Positions 42,178-51,049 of a stretch of DNA of 64,000 nt are shown here, in pieces. A program made the position numbers and the translations under genes. Under the pieces are notes generated by a model. It ran no database searches. It was given only the letters and a program-made list of their open reading frames with translations, and was not told the origin of the DNA. The DNA is from a virus: positions 32,001 through 96,000 of IMG/VR virus record IMGVR_UViG_3300023184_000029; one strand, written 5' to 3'. Positions within the stretch are counted from its first letter, which is position 1. Every line of letters starts with the position of its first letter.

Positions 42178-42396
42178 TTAACGAACAACGCTACGAACGC
42201 GGGCCACAGTTCTACGACCAAAATTACGAGTAGCCTCAACAGTTCGTCGTGTTACTGTTACTGGAACTGAGATTAGTTCTCTTGTAACATTGACAGTTCG
42301 ACTACGAAGTGTACAATTACCATTAACACAACACTCACCAGCATAAGTTGACGAGCCAAGTAACATAAGAGCAATCACAAATGCAAACTTCATCAT
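42178..42396 (-). CDS. small secreted basic peptide
   Basis: Signal peptide, CC..C, Arg/Thr/Val-rich tail. Confidence 0.65.
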   Translation of the reverse strand: MMKFAFVIALMLLGSSTYAGECCVNGNCTLRSRTVNVTRELISVPVTVTRRTVEATRNFGRRTVARVRSVVR

Positions 42397-42506
42397 AAAC
42401 TTTTCTCCTGTTAAAGTATGTCGCGTCCATGCGACCGATTTATGTTCTATAGTAGGAATACAGTTTCAAGGGTCAACTACAAATTTCTTAAGGGGCCTAC
42501 AATCTC

Positions 42507-42551
42507 GCTGACTACAACCAAAAAAACCAAATGCGGCACATTAGCTGAGAC
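42507..42551. repeat. repeat family R2, copy 2
   Basis: GCTGACTAC..CCAAATGCG..CATTAGCTGAGAC. Confidence 0.65.
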
Positions 42552-42711
42552 TAATGCCCGGATCGGTTATACTAATTATAGTTGATTGTTAATTATGGAT
42601 TAAAGTTTTGAGTAGGATAAAAATATCGGTATCCAAACCATGTTACCAAACTTAACAATATGAAAACACCAACATACCAATACTCTAATGGTAGCGTAGT
42701 CATAAATCACC

Positions 42712-42963
42712 TCAATTCTTAATTGTAAAAGTTTCTGTGTCTGCTCTATCGGTTTTACTAATTTTATTTCTACGAACAATTTTAGTAATACGTCCACGAC
42801 GATCATCATGAGATGATTCTAAGAAACATTTATCCTCATGATTATCATGGAATCCTTTAAAATTCCAGTTATAGTTTAATAGAATCTCTTCAGCAGATGT
42901 AGAGTGATCATAAATTTCACCCTCTACTTCAAAAGAAATTATTCTTCTAAAAGTTCTAGGCAT
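42712..42963 (-). CDS. hypothetical protein
   Basis: ORF tiling. Confidence 0.6.
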   Translation of the reverse strand: MPRTFRRIISFEVEGEIYDHSTSAEEILLNYNWNFKGFHDNHEDKCFLESSHDDRRGRITKIVRRNKISKTDRADTETFTIKN

Positions 42964-43252
42964 GATGTAGTTCCTCCTGTGTTGAAGGATCGTCTAGATG
43001 ATAATCCTTGTCTTTCCTTTTGGTTAAGGTAGCTGGCTTATCATAATCTTGCCAATTATCTATTAGAATCTCAGGAGTTTCCTTTCTTATTTCACACTCC
43101 AAAGAATAGTTTCCAGACTTATCCTTTTCTTTACTTAGATAATCTCGTAAAGAGTCTTTAATCTGCATGAAATCCATTTCACCAAGTATCTGATCAATAT
43201 ACTTTCTTTGAATTTCCTTACGATTAACCTCACTAATATATCTAGCACGCAT
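42956..43252 (-). CDS. hypothetical protein
   Basis: GAGG RBS; ORF tiling. Confidence 0.6.
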   Translation of the reverse strand: MRARYISEVNRKEIQRKYIDQILGEMDFMQIKDSLRDYLSKEKDKSGNYSLECEIRKETPEILIDNWQDYDKPATLTKRKDKDYHLDDPSTQEELHHA

Positions 43253-43465
43253 AAATCACCTCATGGTTAAAGTTAAAAACACTTTTGCCCATGATTCCAA
43301 TTGTTCTTCGTCTTTGCTCACAAGACGTTTAACATTTGGCTCCGTTGACTAGATCATTATACCAGATGGTGAGATAGCAAACAAATCAATATCTTAACAA
43401 TTTTTTAAAGAGACCTCATCAATTGTCCGACTACGGATATATCGATAATACAAAAATTTGGTTGC

Positions 43466-43493
43466 TTGACAAAACACAGAAATAGAATATAAT
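43466..43493 (+). promoter_or_regulatory. plus-strand sigma70 promoter
   Basis: TTGACA-16-TATAAT. Confidence 0.55.
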
Positions 43494-43686
43494 TATGCAG
43501 CGGGTGGAAGTTATACTATATACTAAGAGTACTAGTTAGATACTTTATCTGGTCTATCTATGTTGGACCTATAGACTCTTAGCTTCTATAATAACTACTT
43601 ATCAACCACGCAAACCACTAATACAACCAAGAGCAATACTAAAACAGATAGCGATTGAAAAGAAAATAAAATCCTCCGTTCATTGG

Positions 43687-43715
43687 TTGACAAAAGAAAA
43701 CTTGGAAGTTAGAAT
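43687..43715 (+). promoter_or_regulatory. plus-strand sigma70 promoter
   Basis: TTGACA-17-TAGAAT. Confidence 0.55.
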
Positions 43716-43784
43716 AAAACCAACCTCCCACTCTACCAGTATACCATACCTATCGGTCGCCACAACCCCTTGAGTTTAAAGGAT

Positions 43785-44189
43785 TTAGATCAGATGGCCG
43801 GAATCACTAAGAGTTTTAATAGTAGTCCCCAGGCCCGGCACCAAGCTTACCAGAAAGGATTCCATGGACGATACCCAAAGATAATGATCATGTTCCCAGT
43901 TCAATGATACATTGTTACTATTTACATGTGCTATCCATACAGTTTTAGAATATCCACTAGAGTAGTTAATAGTAATAGTCTTAAGATTTTCAATAGGATA
44001 ACTTATTCCAGTTTCTTCATTTAATTCTCTAATAGCAGCAGAGGTATTAGTTTCATTAGGTTCAACATGACCACCAGGCAAACAATATCGGCCGGGCATC
44101 CATGGAGCAGATTCTCCACGACGTAAAATTAATAACTTTTTATATGAGTCTATAACTGCCACAGTTGAGGTTTTTTGATTTTTACTCAT
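43785..44189 (-). CDS. NUDIX hydrolase
   Basis: PGGHVEPNETNTSAAIRELNEETG Nudix box. Confidence 0.92.
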   Translation of the reverse strand: MSKNQKTSTVAVIDSYKKLLILRRGESAPWMPGRYCLPGGHVEPNETNTSAAIRELNEETGISYPIENLKTITINYSSGYSKTVWIAHVNSNNVSLNWEHDHYLWVSSMESFLVSLVPGLGTTIKTLSDSGHLI

Positions 44190-44814
44190 GAACAATTTTC
44201 TCGAGTTTTTTAGTAACACTATCTAAAAGTTTAGTAACAGGTTTAGCAACAGTATAATCACTAACATAGTTCTTTATAGCGTCTAATAGTTTCCATGCCT
44301 CTTGTTTACTTATATCTATTTGCATAATTAACCTCGTAATCAGGAACCATAAAAGACCCATCCCTAGGACAATTTTTAGTACCTTGTTCACCATATTCAA
44401 AAATAAGATTACAGGTATTACATTTATACCTATAGTTTCTGCTTACAACAAGGGAAATTAGCAACATTATAATGCACAGTATTTTATTCATACTAAACCC
44501 CAAATTGACATTTAGGACACTTTTTCCAGTTACCACCACAAATTTTACAAATTCCCCTACTATACTTACTCATACCAGTTCTCCAATTCTTTCGTGATAA
44601 TTCCCACCCAACTCCTTATTAATTTCTTTAACATAAAGATTAGCCACACTTAAATAATCACTTCCCTCATTAAGATACCTCATAGTACCAGTCTCCATAT
44701 ACCATTGTATCCTAGCTTTGGCACAATCTATACAATAGTTCATGCTTTTAATCAGATCATCTTTTCTAGACATATTTTATTTTCTCCTGCATAATTAATA
44801 GACCAAGAATTCGT

Positions 44815-44858
44815 GCTGACTATCGCCAAGACCGCAAATCCGTAAGATAAGCTGAGAC
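44815..44858. repeat. repeat family R2, copy 3
   Basis: GCTGACTATCGCCAAGACCGCAAATCCGTAAGATAAGCTGAGAC. Confidence 0.75.
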
Positions 44859-45024
44859 AAAACAAAGTGGCCCCATATAAAGCCAGACTATACTTAAGCT
44901 TATCAAAATGGTAAAGATTATAACTATCTAACAATAATTTAATATTGAGACTTTATCTCAAAACTATCATTAGAATAACTCATACTCTCCCATACCACCA
45001 GTATACCATACGAGAGGACTCGTC

Positions 45025-45051
45025 GCAACTTGTTTAGTATCATAGACTTAG
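45025..45051. repeat. single 27-bp palindrome (half of the R1 module)
   Basis: GCAACTTGTT-TAGTATC-ATAGACTTAG. Confidence 0.5.
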
Positions 45052-45084
45052 AATCATCAAAGAATCTAATGATCCTATATTTTG

Positions 45085-45129
45085 GCTGACTATCAACAAG
45101 ACCAGCAAATCCGGTGGATTAGATAAGAC
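45085..45129. repeat. repeat family R2, copy 4
   Basis: GCTGACTATCAACAAGACCAGCAAATCCGGTGGATTAGATAAGAC. Confidence 0.75.
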
Positions 45130-45257
45130 AATCATAATATGATTTTATACAATCTATTTTTATAATCTTACCCTAACTTCTTTCATACCAACACCTTACG
45201 TCTACTCCCCCCTAGAGTATATCGGAATTTGCCGTGCTTGTCTACAGTTTTTTTGAC

Positions 45258-45337
45258 GTAAGTCCTTATGAATACTAAAGTTACGACAAAATTTTGCGGC
45301 CCGGCTCGTCGTAAGTCGTTATGTTGCAAGTACTTAC
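45258..45337. repeat. R1 80-bp double-palindrome module, copy 1
   Basis: GTAAGTCCTT-N7-AAAGTTAC end; 26-bp linker; GTAAGTCGTT-ATGTTGC-AAGTACTTAC. Confidence 0.9.
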
Positions 45338-45363
45338 GTCTAGTGAACCGTTTCGCAGCAATC

Positions 45364-45411
45364 AAAAGAGAAGGCCGCAGCCAGTTTCCCAGCTACGGCC
45401 CTCCCCCTTTT
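45364..45411 (-). terminator. intrinsic terminator after the DUF932 gene
   Basis: GGGAGGGCCGTAGC..GCTGCGGCCTTCTC followed by TTTT. Confidence 0.8.
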
Positions 45412-45429
45412 CATCGTGACACGAAAAGA

Positions 45430-46377
45430 TCAGACGGCGTTCGCAAACTCCACTGCGGTATTGAGTGCTTTGACGTTATCAACCCCATTCTGTCCGAACC
45501 AGAGTGAGTCGAGGCGATTGCTCACCGTGCGACCCTTGCTATAGTTCAGATACTCATTGAAGCCATTATAGGCAGCCCACCATGTTCCACGAACATTCGT
45601 AGCACTCTGCTTCGGGCCTTCCACAAGCGTCAAGATTTCATCCATAATATTACGGGTACGAGTCTTGATATCTTCGTCCGGGGTCTTATCAATCCCCAGC
45701 AGAATCTTGACATACTTACGAATATCGTTCTGATTGAAATCCTTAGAGGCGAGGAACCTATACTGTTCCGCAGTCGCCTCGAACTGCACGTTGATATTAT
45801 CCATGATGTCTCGCACGTTATCCAGATTTGTTTTGCTGGAGCGTGTGTGACGAATCCGAATCAACTGGCTGTCCTTGTTGGAGTGGGCAGCAGCGAGAGT
45901 ATTCACGCAGACCACGCGGATCGGAGTATATCCGACGCGGATCGACGTTGTACCGTCGTGGCTGTTACTCAGCAGGATAAACTTGCTCACCTCATCGCCG
46001 GGAACAATTTCGCTGTTCGCACGATTGAGTTGAGCCAACACCCAAACCTTCTCGCCCTCACTGAGCGAACCGGCGGTGTGCAGTTGGCACTCGCCAGCGT
46101 CCAGAAACGGCTGGAACCAATCAAAAGCATCTTGATTCTGGAGAGGGGTATAACGCGGACCCACAACTCCCAGCACCCTATTATCGGTCTTACGGAAAGT
46201 CGCCTTGGCGTTGACTTCCTCGCCTTCCGACGTAAACAACGGCTTCGTACCAACTTCCCAATCCAGACCAGCAGCGGTAATCGCCTCAGAAATAGAGGGA
46301 TTCTCATCGAGCTGCGTACCCTCACCATGCCAAGGGGTAGCACCAACAAACATCATCTTTTCGACCATAGCAGGCAT
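45430..46377 (-). CDS. DUF932/DUF945 phage/plasmid protein (TIGR03299-like)
   Basis: TPWHGEG, AAGLDWEV, Y.PLQN.DAF, TAGSL..G.KVW, NSHDGT, TPIRVVCVNTL, T.WAAYNG..EY. Confidence 0.88.
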   Translation of the reverse strand: MPAMVEKMMFVGATPWHGEGTQLDENPSISEAITAAGLDWEVGTKPLFTSEGEEVNAKATFRKTDNRVLGVVGPRYTPLQNQDAFDWFQPFLDAGECQLHTAGSLSEGEKVWVLAQLNRANSEIVPGDEVSKFILLSNSHDGTTSIRVGYTPIRVVCVNTLAAAHSNKDSQLIRIRHTRSSKTNLDNVRDIMDNINVQFEATAEQYRFLASKDFNQNDIRKYVKILLGIDKTPDEDIKTRTRNIMDEILTLVEGPKQSATNVRGTWWAAYNGFNEYLNYSKGRTVSNRLDSLWFGQNGVDNVKALNTAVEFANAV

Positions 46378-46420
46378 AATCAACCCTTTCGTGTTACTGA
46401 TTCTTCGTTCCGATACGCTG

Positions 46421-46449
46421 ATTCTACCATCTATTATCGGCAGTGTCAA
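46421..46449 (-). promoter_or_regulatory. sigma70-type promoter with GCCGATA
   Basis: TTGACA-17-TAGAAT. Confidence 0.85.
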
Positions 46450-46478
46450 GGGGCAAACTTGCGGAAAAATTTCGTGAC

Positions 46479-46558
46479 GCAAGTCGTTGGTATATAAGCA
46501 CTTACGTCGGGCGGGGCCGCCCCGGCTCGTCCTAAGTCTTTTGGTGGCTTAGGTTTAG
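46479..46558. repeat. R1 module, copy 2
   Basis: GCAAGTCGTT-GGTATAT-AAGCACTTAC; 26-bp linker; second palindrome. Confidence 0.9.
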
Positions 46559-47041
46559 GAGCGGAGCCTTTAGATCACGCACACACCATTTAGATCCTTC
46601 TTCATCCGGCCTATATGAACATTCATCTGGAAGATAGCAATAAATACCCTTGCAAATTGCTCTTGGATATTCATCACTAATAGTATTTTTAATTCTTCTT
46701 ATCGTTTCTCCAGAGCAAATAAGATCATCAATAACCACATATTGAAAAGGAGCAACGCCCTCAGTTCTAAATTCACTGTAGCATTTTTCATCTTTGCGAA
46801 TAATTAAAATGTGTTTATCAAGCAATTCAGCAATTTGTGGAACAACCATCAAACCACTAATACCGCAGCAAGCAATAGTGTCAAACTGATTTTTAATTTT
46901 TCTAAGATCACAAACAGCCTTTATAATTATCTTATTACGCTCTTTATGATTTAGCACACGGCAAGTGTGGCTAGCACCTTGAATAACTTTACCGTCTGGA
47001 GTACGACGAAAATCATCGGGCTTTTGGCTCAAAACATTCAT
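46532..47041 (-). CDS. phosphoribosyltransferase-like protein
   Basis: IACCGISGL, YVVIDDLICSGETI. Confidence 0.75.
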   Translation of the reverse strand: MNVLSQKPDDFRRTPDGKVIQGASHTCRVLNHKERNKIIIKAVCDLRKIKNQFDTIACCGISGLMVVPQIAELLDKHILIIRKDEKCYSEFRTEGVAPFQYVVIDDLICSGETIRRIKNTISDEYPRAICKGIYCYLPDECSYRPDEEGSKWCVRDLKAPLLNLSHQKT

Positions 47042-47046
47042 ATAAG

Positions 47047-47125
47047 TGTGGATGGCTGGATTCGAACCAGCTTTCAAGAAAGAAAGGATAAAGAAAAGAG
47101 TCTAGTCCCACCTAGAAGCATCCAC
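47047..47125 (-). ncRNA. tRNA-like RNA with a pyrimidine-rich tract in place of the anticodon arm
   Basis: GTGGATG/CATCCAC 7 bp; TCTAG-GTGGGA-CTAGA; GCTGG-TTCGAAT-CCAGC; A73. Confidence 0.7.
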
Positions 47126-47130
47126 AAAAA

Positions 47131-47301
47131 TCAGCAATCATCTTCCGTTATATCAGGATAGTAATTCTTTCCATAAGAAGGAACCTCATCATCTTTTTCT
47201 TCATCCATCCAAGGTTCTTCATCTAGACCAAGATCATCGGCATTTTCTACCAATTCATCATAGTCATAATCATACTTTTCGTAATCATCACTATAACGCA
47301 T
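47131..47301 (-). CDS. small acidic protein
   Basis: 23 of 56 residues D/E; AAGG RBS; promoter upstream. Confidence 0.65.
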   Translation of the reverse strand: MRYSDDYEKYDYDYDELVENADDLGLDEEPWMDEEKDDEVPSYGKNYYPDITEDDC

Positions 47302-47355
47302 AATCAACCTTCCTTTCTTTCCAACATTATACACCAACCAAACATACTTGTCAAG

Positions 47356-47428
47356 TGGGGGCGGTGGGACTCAAACCCACGATAAACGGTTTAAAAGACC
47401 GCTACTTTAGTCGCTAAGTTACACCCCC
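47356..47428 (-). tRNA. trnK-UUU: tRNA-Lys(UUU)
   Basis: Cloverleaf; anticodon loop CTTTTAA. Confidence 0.9.
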
Positions 47429-47468
47429 AAGGGTTTTCTAGTATACCATTCTTTTTTTATTTGTCAAG

Positions 47469-47540
47469 TGACCCCACGGAGAATCGAACTCCGATCTACA
47501 GCGTGAAAGGCTGTCGTCCTAGCCGTTAGACTATGGGGCC
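47469..47540 (-). tRNA. trnE-UUC: tRNA-Glu(UUC)
   Basis: Cloverleaf; loop CTTTCAC. Confidence 0.92.
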
Positions 47541-47580
47541 AGCCATCGCAACTCAAACGTCAGCCTCCGAAGCTTAAAAG

Positions 47581-47656
47581 TAGGGCGTGTACGAGTCGAA
47601 CGTACCTATGATCACCTTATAAGAGTGACGGATGCAACCGGCTTACCTTACGCCCC
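47581..47656 (-). tRNA. trnI-UAU: tRNA-Ile(UAU)
   Basis: GGGGCGT/ACGCCCT; TCACT-CTTATAA-GGTGA; GTACG-TTCGACT-CGTAC. Confidence 0.85.
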
Positions 47657-47714
47657 GTGTCTTTCAATCATACTCTACTTATCGGCAAGAGTCAAGTCTT
47701 GTCTTTAGAAAATC

Positions 47715-47794
47715 CTAAGTCGTTATCTGATAAGCACTTACGTCAAAAACGGCCCGCCGAATTTTTCCTAAGTCTTTTATTTTCAAATAGTTAT
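47715..47794. repeat. R1 module, copy 3
   Basis: CTAAGTCGTT-ATCTGAT-AAGCACTTAC; 26-bp linker; second palindrome. Confidence 0.9.
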
Positions 47795-47796
47795 AA

Positions 47797-47883
47797 CGGA
47801 ATCTGAGGGATTCGAACCCCCGGAGGATTTTAACCCTCGGCGGTTTAGTAAACCGCTGCCTTAAACCACTCGGCCAAGATTCC
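47797..47883 (-). tRNA. trnS-ACU: tRNA-Ser(ACU)
   Basis: Long variable arm, G73; GCGGT-TTACTAA-ACCGC. Confidence 0.88.
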
Positions 47884-47885
47884 AA

Positions 47886-47957
47886 CTCTGTGAGTAGGAC
47901 TCGAACCTACAACCGGGCGGTTAACAGCCGCCAGCTCTACCATTGAGCTATCACAGA
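47886..47957 (-). tRNA. trnN-GUU: tRNA-Asn(GUU)
   Basis: Cloverleaf; loop CTGTTAA; G73. Confidence 0.93.
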
Positions 47958-48031
47958 CCATCTTGCTTTCGAACCCGTTTGGTGTATTATACTTTAGGGT
48001 TCGATCAATTATTATAGCTGGATATCTTATA

Positions 48032-48529
48032 ATGTCAATACCAGAATTTAAAATTTGCCCAAAGTGCAAAGAAAAAAAACACAAAACCGAATATCATACA
48101 AGAAAAGACAAAGGATATACTTATCTAAAAAGCTATTGTAAACAATGTTCATCATATACCAAAACTAGAGCAGAAATACTAAAACAACAATATAACTTAT
48201 GTTCTTGTGGTAATATAAAGTCTAAAAAGGGTAAAACTTGTAAATATTGTAGTCGTATAGATCATACAGAACTATTAATAGAAAATTGCAAACACCCTAG
48301 ACGTATTGTTAAAAGAACAATAATTAGAGACAAACTTATAGATCATAAGTGTTCAGAATGTGGAATAACTAATGAATGGAATAATAAGCCTATTGTCTTA
48401 CAACTCGATCATATTAATGGTATAAATAATGATAATAGATTATCTAATTTAAGATTTTTATGCCCTAATTGCCATTCACAGACCGAAACATTTTGTGGTA
48501 GTAATATTAAAAATAAAATGCCCAGGTAG
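48032..48529 (+). CDS. HNH homing endonuclease inside the tRNA cluster
   Basis: CSECG..LQLDHING..DNRLSNLRFLCPNCHSQT. Confidence 0.9.
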   Translation: MSIPEFKICPKCKEKKHKTEYHTRKDKGYTYLKSYCKQCSSYTKTRAEILKQQYNLCSCGNIKSKKGKTCKYCSRIDHTELLIENCKHPRRIVKRTIIRDKLIDHKCSECGITNEWNNKPIVLQLDHINGINNDNRLSNLRFLCPNCHSQTETFCGSNIKNKMPR

Positions 48530-48590
48530 GACTCAAACCTACAACCCGCTGATCCAAAGTCAGCTGCTCTATCAATTAAGCTACTGGGCA
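48518..48590 (-). tRNA. trnQ-UUG: tRNA-Gln(UUG)
   Basis: U1-A72; loop CTTTGGA. Confidence 0.88.
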
Positions 48591-48591
48591 G

Positions 48592-48664
48592 AGCCGATGG
48601 CCGGGAACGATCCGGCGACAGGCAGTTTACAAAACTGCTACTCTACCAACTGAGTTACATCGGC
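48592..48664 (-). tRNA. trnT-UGU: tRNA-Thr(UGU)
   Basis: GCCGATG/CATCGGC; loop TTTGTAA; atypical T loop ATCGTTC. Confidence 0.85.
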
Positions 48665-48680
48665 AATCTACCTATTATAA

Positions 48681-48872
48681 TCAATAGTGATAATCCTCGC
48701 AAGCCCGACGCTTTTCAGCGGATCGGGTTCGCAACCGCTTGGGGCGATTGTCCATAACGGTATCCCGATGTTCCTTGTGTCCCGTTGACAACTCCCAAGG
48801 CTTCTTGACCTTGACCTTGATTTTGTTGTGGTTGCGTCGTGGGCGAATATCGTCGTTGAGGTGGTGCATAGT
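48681..48872 (-). CDS. small basic protein
   Basis: MTMHHL..KKPWE..RPKRLRTR; overlaps the 3' end of ORF 48715-49122 in another frame. Confidence 0.55.
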   Translation of the reverse strand, partial: TMHHLNDDIRPRRNHNKIKVKVKKPWELSTGHKEHRDTVMDNRPKRLRTRSAEKRRACEDYHY

Positions 48873-49140
48873 CATGCCATATTCCATTGTCGTGTAAATA
48901 AAAAACTTTGTCTATGTTAGGATCATAAGCCATTAGACAGTATTGTATAGGATACACAATCTTTTGTCTAGATGGTATTTTTGGAATTTTTAAATCACCT
49001 TTTTGGTAATCTTTAACGCCAGTATAGGCCAAACCTAACAGAGCAATCAATACCCCAATCCATTGGATCACGCTGTCCCATCCTTTCCGTTTAATCATAT
49101 CATAGTTATCGGCACTTGTCAACCTTTTCTTTAAAAAATC

Positions 49141-49220
49141 CTAAGTGGTTGAGGCCATTGCACTTACGTCAAATTTGGCCGGCCCCGCTCGCCCTAAGTG
49201 CTTATGCAGTAAGGGTTTGC
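49141..49220. repeat. R1 module, copy 4
   Basis: 80 bp, 27-26-27 geometry. Confidence 0.9.
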
Positions 49221-49228
49221 GGTTAGTT

Positions 49229-49465
49229 TTAGTCGTTACCTAGCGTCCATCCACCCATCTTTGCGATTACGTTCAGTTTCAAAACTTCCGTTTGCTTATC
49301 AGCAGTTAGATAGTCTCTAAAACCACGCTCATCAATATAGAAGTATTCATCTAATGTATCAAACTTATTACTCTCAAACAAACTTGTAACCGCCGCTTCA
49401 ACAGAACTTTTATCTGTAGAGTAAATTAGTTCCAGAGTACCACACTTGATATAATATTTAGACAT
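49229..49465 (-). CDS. hypothetical protein
   Basis: ORF. Confidence 0.65.
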   Translation of the reverse strand: MSKYYIKCGTLELIYSTDKSSVEAAVTSLFESNKFDTLDEYFYIDERGFRDYLTADKQTEVLKLNVIAKMGGWTLGND

Positions 49466-49476
49466 TTTTCAATTCC

Positions 49477-50001
49477 TTAGTAGGCATATTCATTTTTATG
49501 TTCAAACTGTCCATAAATATCTTTATCCCAACCACCAAAACTCTCAACCCCAACATCTATCACCACAGGAACCCATGCTCCGTTTCTTCTAACATATCCA
49601 AAGTTTCCTCTATGATGATCGGAGTAGTCCAGCCCACATAGGTGTAGTTCCCAAACTATTTCCCCAATGATAGTACAGTTACTGCAACCACTCTCAAAAC
49701 AGTCTCCGTCACAATACTCGTAACTACACTGTGACATCAATCTAGCAATTTCTGTCAAATAACCATACTCTGTCAATCCTTGATTACTATTTCGGCGAAT
49801 TCTGCCAACTTGACCGTACACACGCGGAGCCAAGTCTTGCTCTGCCAGAATACTTTGAACTTTATGAGCAAAATCTGCTTCCTCTTTAGATTTAAACTCT
49901 TTGAAACCCACACGTTTACGATCTATCTTTCTGTCTTTGATAATATAGAAAGCATTTTTACTTCCCTCATCATCATACAAACCCAAATATATATTAGTCA
50001 T
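49477..50001 (-). CDS. minimal protein-kinase-like fold protein
   Basis: DHHRGNFGY, VIDVG; paralog of 6420-6944. Confidence 0.55.
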   Translation of the reverse strand: MTNIYLGLYDDEGSKNAFYIIKDRKIDRKRVGFKEFKSKEEADFAHKVQSILAEQDLAPRVYGQVGRIRRNSNQGLTEYGYLTEIARLMSQCSYEYCDGDCFESGCSNCTIIGEIVWELHLCGLDYSDHHRGNFGYVRRNGAWVPVVIDVGVESFGGWDKDIYGQFEHKNEYAY

Positions 50002-50178
50002 TATTTATTTCCGTTCTAATATATTCCATATCTTGATCCGGACAATAGATACACATAGGTGTACCATTTTCACTATACCACCAAGGCTCTACATAAACGT
50101 GTTTATCACACTCGGGACACTCCCATCTACTTCTAACTTTTTTATCGTCAATAGTTTGCCAGTTTTCCATAGTAATCC

Positions 50179-50892
50179 TTAGTGAGCAGGAAACAATACA
50201 TTAGCCAAACCACGAACACACAAGTCACAGTGTACGCTATTTTTGGTTTTTGTGCAAGTGACAACTCCACGACCACGACGAATTTCCGGGCAAGTGATAA
50301 ACTTTTCACCTTCCAGCACAACCAGTTTCGGTAGTGCTGATCGCCATGCTGCAACCTTATTCTTGCCACGCGGACGCTTAGGGGCAATTTTAGTATCACT
50401 ATCACACCATGCGAACAGTTTGAAACCAGCAGCCTTAGCCTGTTTCATATCTTCACCATCATGGATACTAGCATACATATTGATATACTTGCCAAGTTCC
50501 ATAGACAATCTGGTATCATAAATATGGGTATAAGCCCACATGGTCGGCAGACTACCACCACTAGCAAGAATATTCTCACAAGCCCACAATACATTATCAA
50601 CATATTCATTGTCAAGTTCACCATACTTGAAAAAGTCGCCACGCTCATGCCAGCGAACATCTTTATTTTTCTTGACGGCATCCACCAGCATGGAGCGAAT
50701 ACGATTCTTTTCTGTAACAAGATTTTGCATACCGGCAGGACGAACACCGGGATAGATATTTTCCAAATCTTCTGCATAGCATCCGTTACCGAGAAAATCA
50801 CAATCGGACGGACAACTATCACCAACCGGACGCGAAACCACAATACAATTTTCCTTACCCAACTTATCATTACCATTTGCAGTTTTCATCAT
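50179..50892 (-). CDS. Gp88-like protein (radical-SAM-related phage family)
   Basis: SCP.DC..CYA, VRWHERGDF, AYTH, YAS, C-terminal C..C..C. Confidence 0.65.
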   Translation of the reverse strand: MMKTANGNDKLGKENCIVVSRPVGDSCPSDCDFLGNGCYAEDLENIYPGVRPAGMQNLVTEKNRIRSMLVDAVKKNKDVRWHERGDFFKYGELDNEYVDNVLWACENILASGGSLPTMWAYTHIYDTRLSMELGKYINMYASIHDGEDMKQAKAAGFKLFAWCDSDTKIAPKRPRGKNKVAAWRSALPKLVVLEGEKFITCPEIRRGRGVVTCTKTKNSVHCDLCVRGLANVLFPAH

Positions 50893-50969
50893 TATTCTCC
50901 CTTGTCTACCGATTCTACACTATATTATCGGCTAGTCAAGACCAATTCTTGAAGAAATTATTTTTTGAT

Positions 50970-51049
50970 GCAAAGGCTTGTGGCATAAGGACTTACGTCA
51001 AACGGGGCCGCCCGGATTTATCCTAAGTGCTTACTGGCGAAGGGTTTAG
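50970..51049. repeat. R1 module, copy 5
   Basis: 80 bp, 27-26-27 geometry. Confidence 0.9.

Noticed and set aside
45847-46497. 216-aa plus-strand ORF, and other long antisense ORFs over rIIA, ligase and Gp88
   Set aside because: Shadow frames of well-supported minus-strand genes
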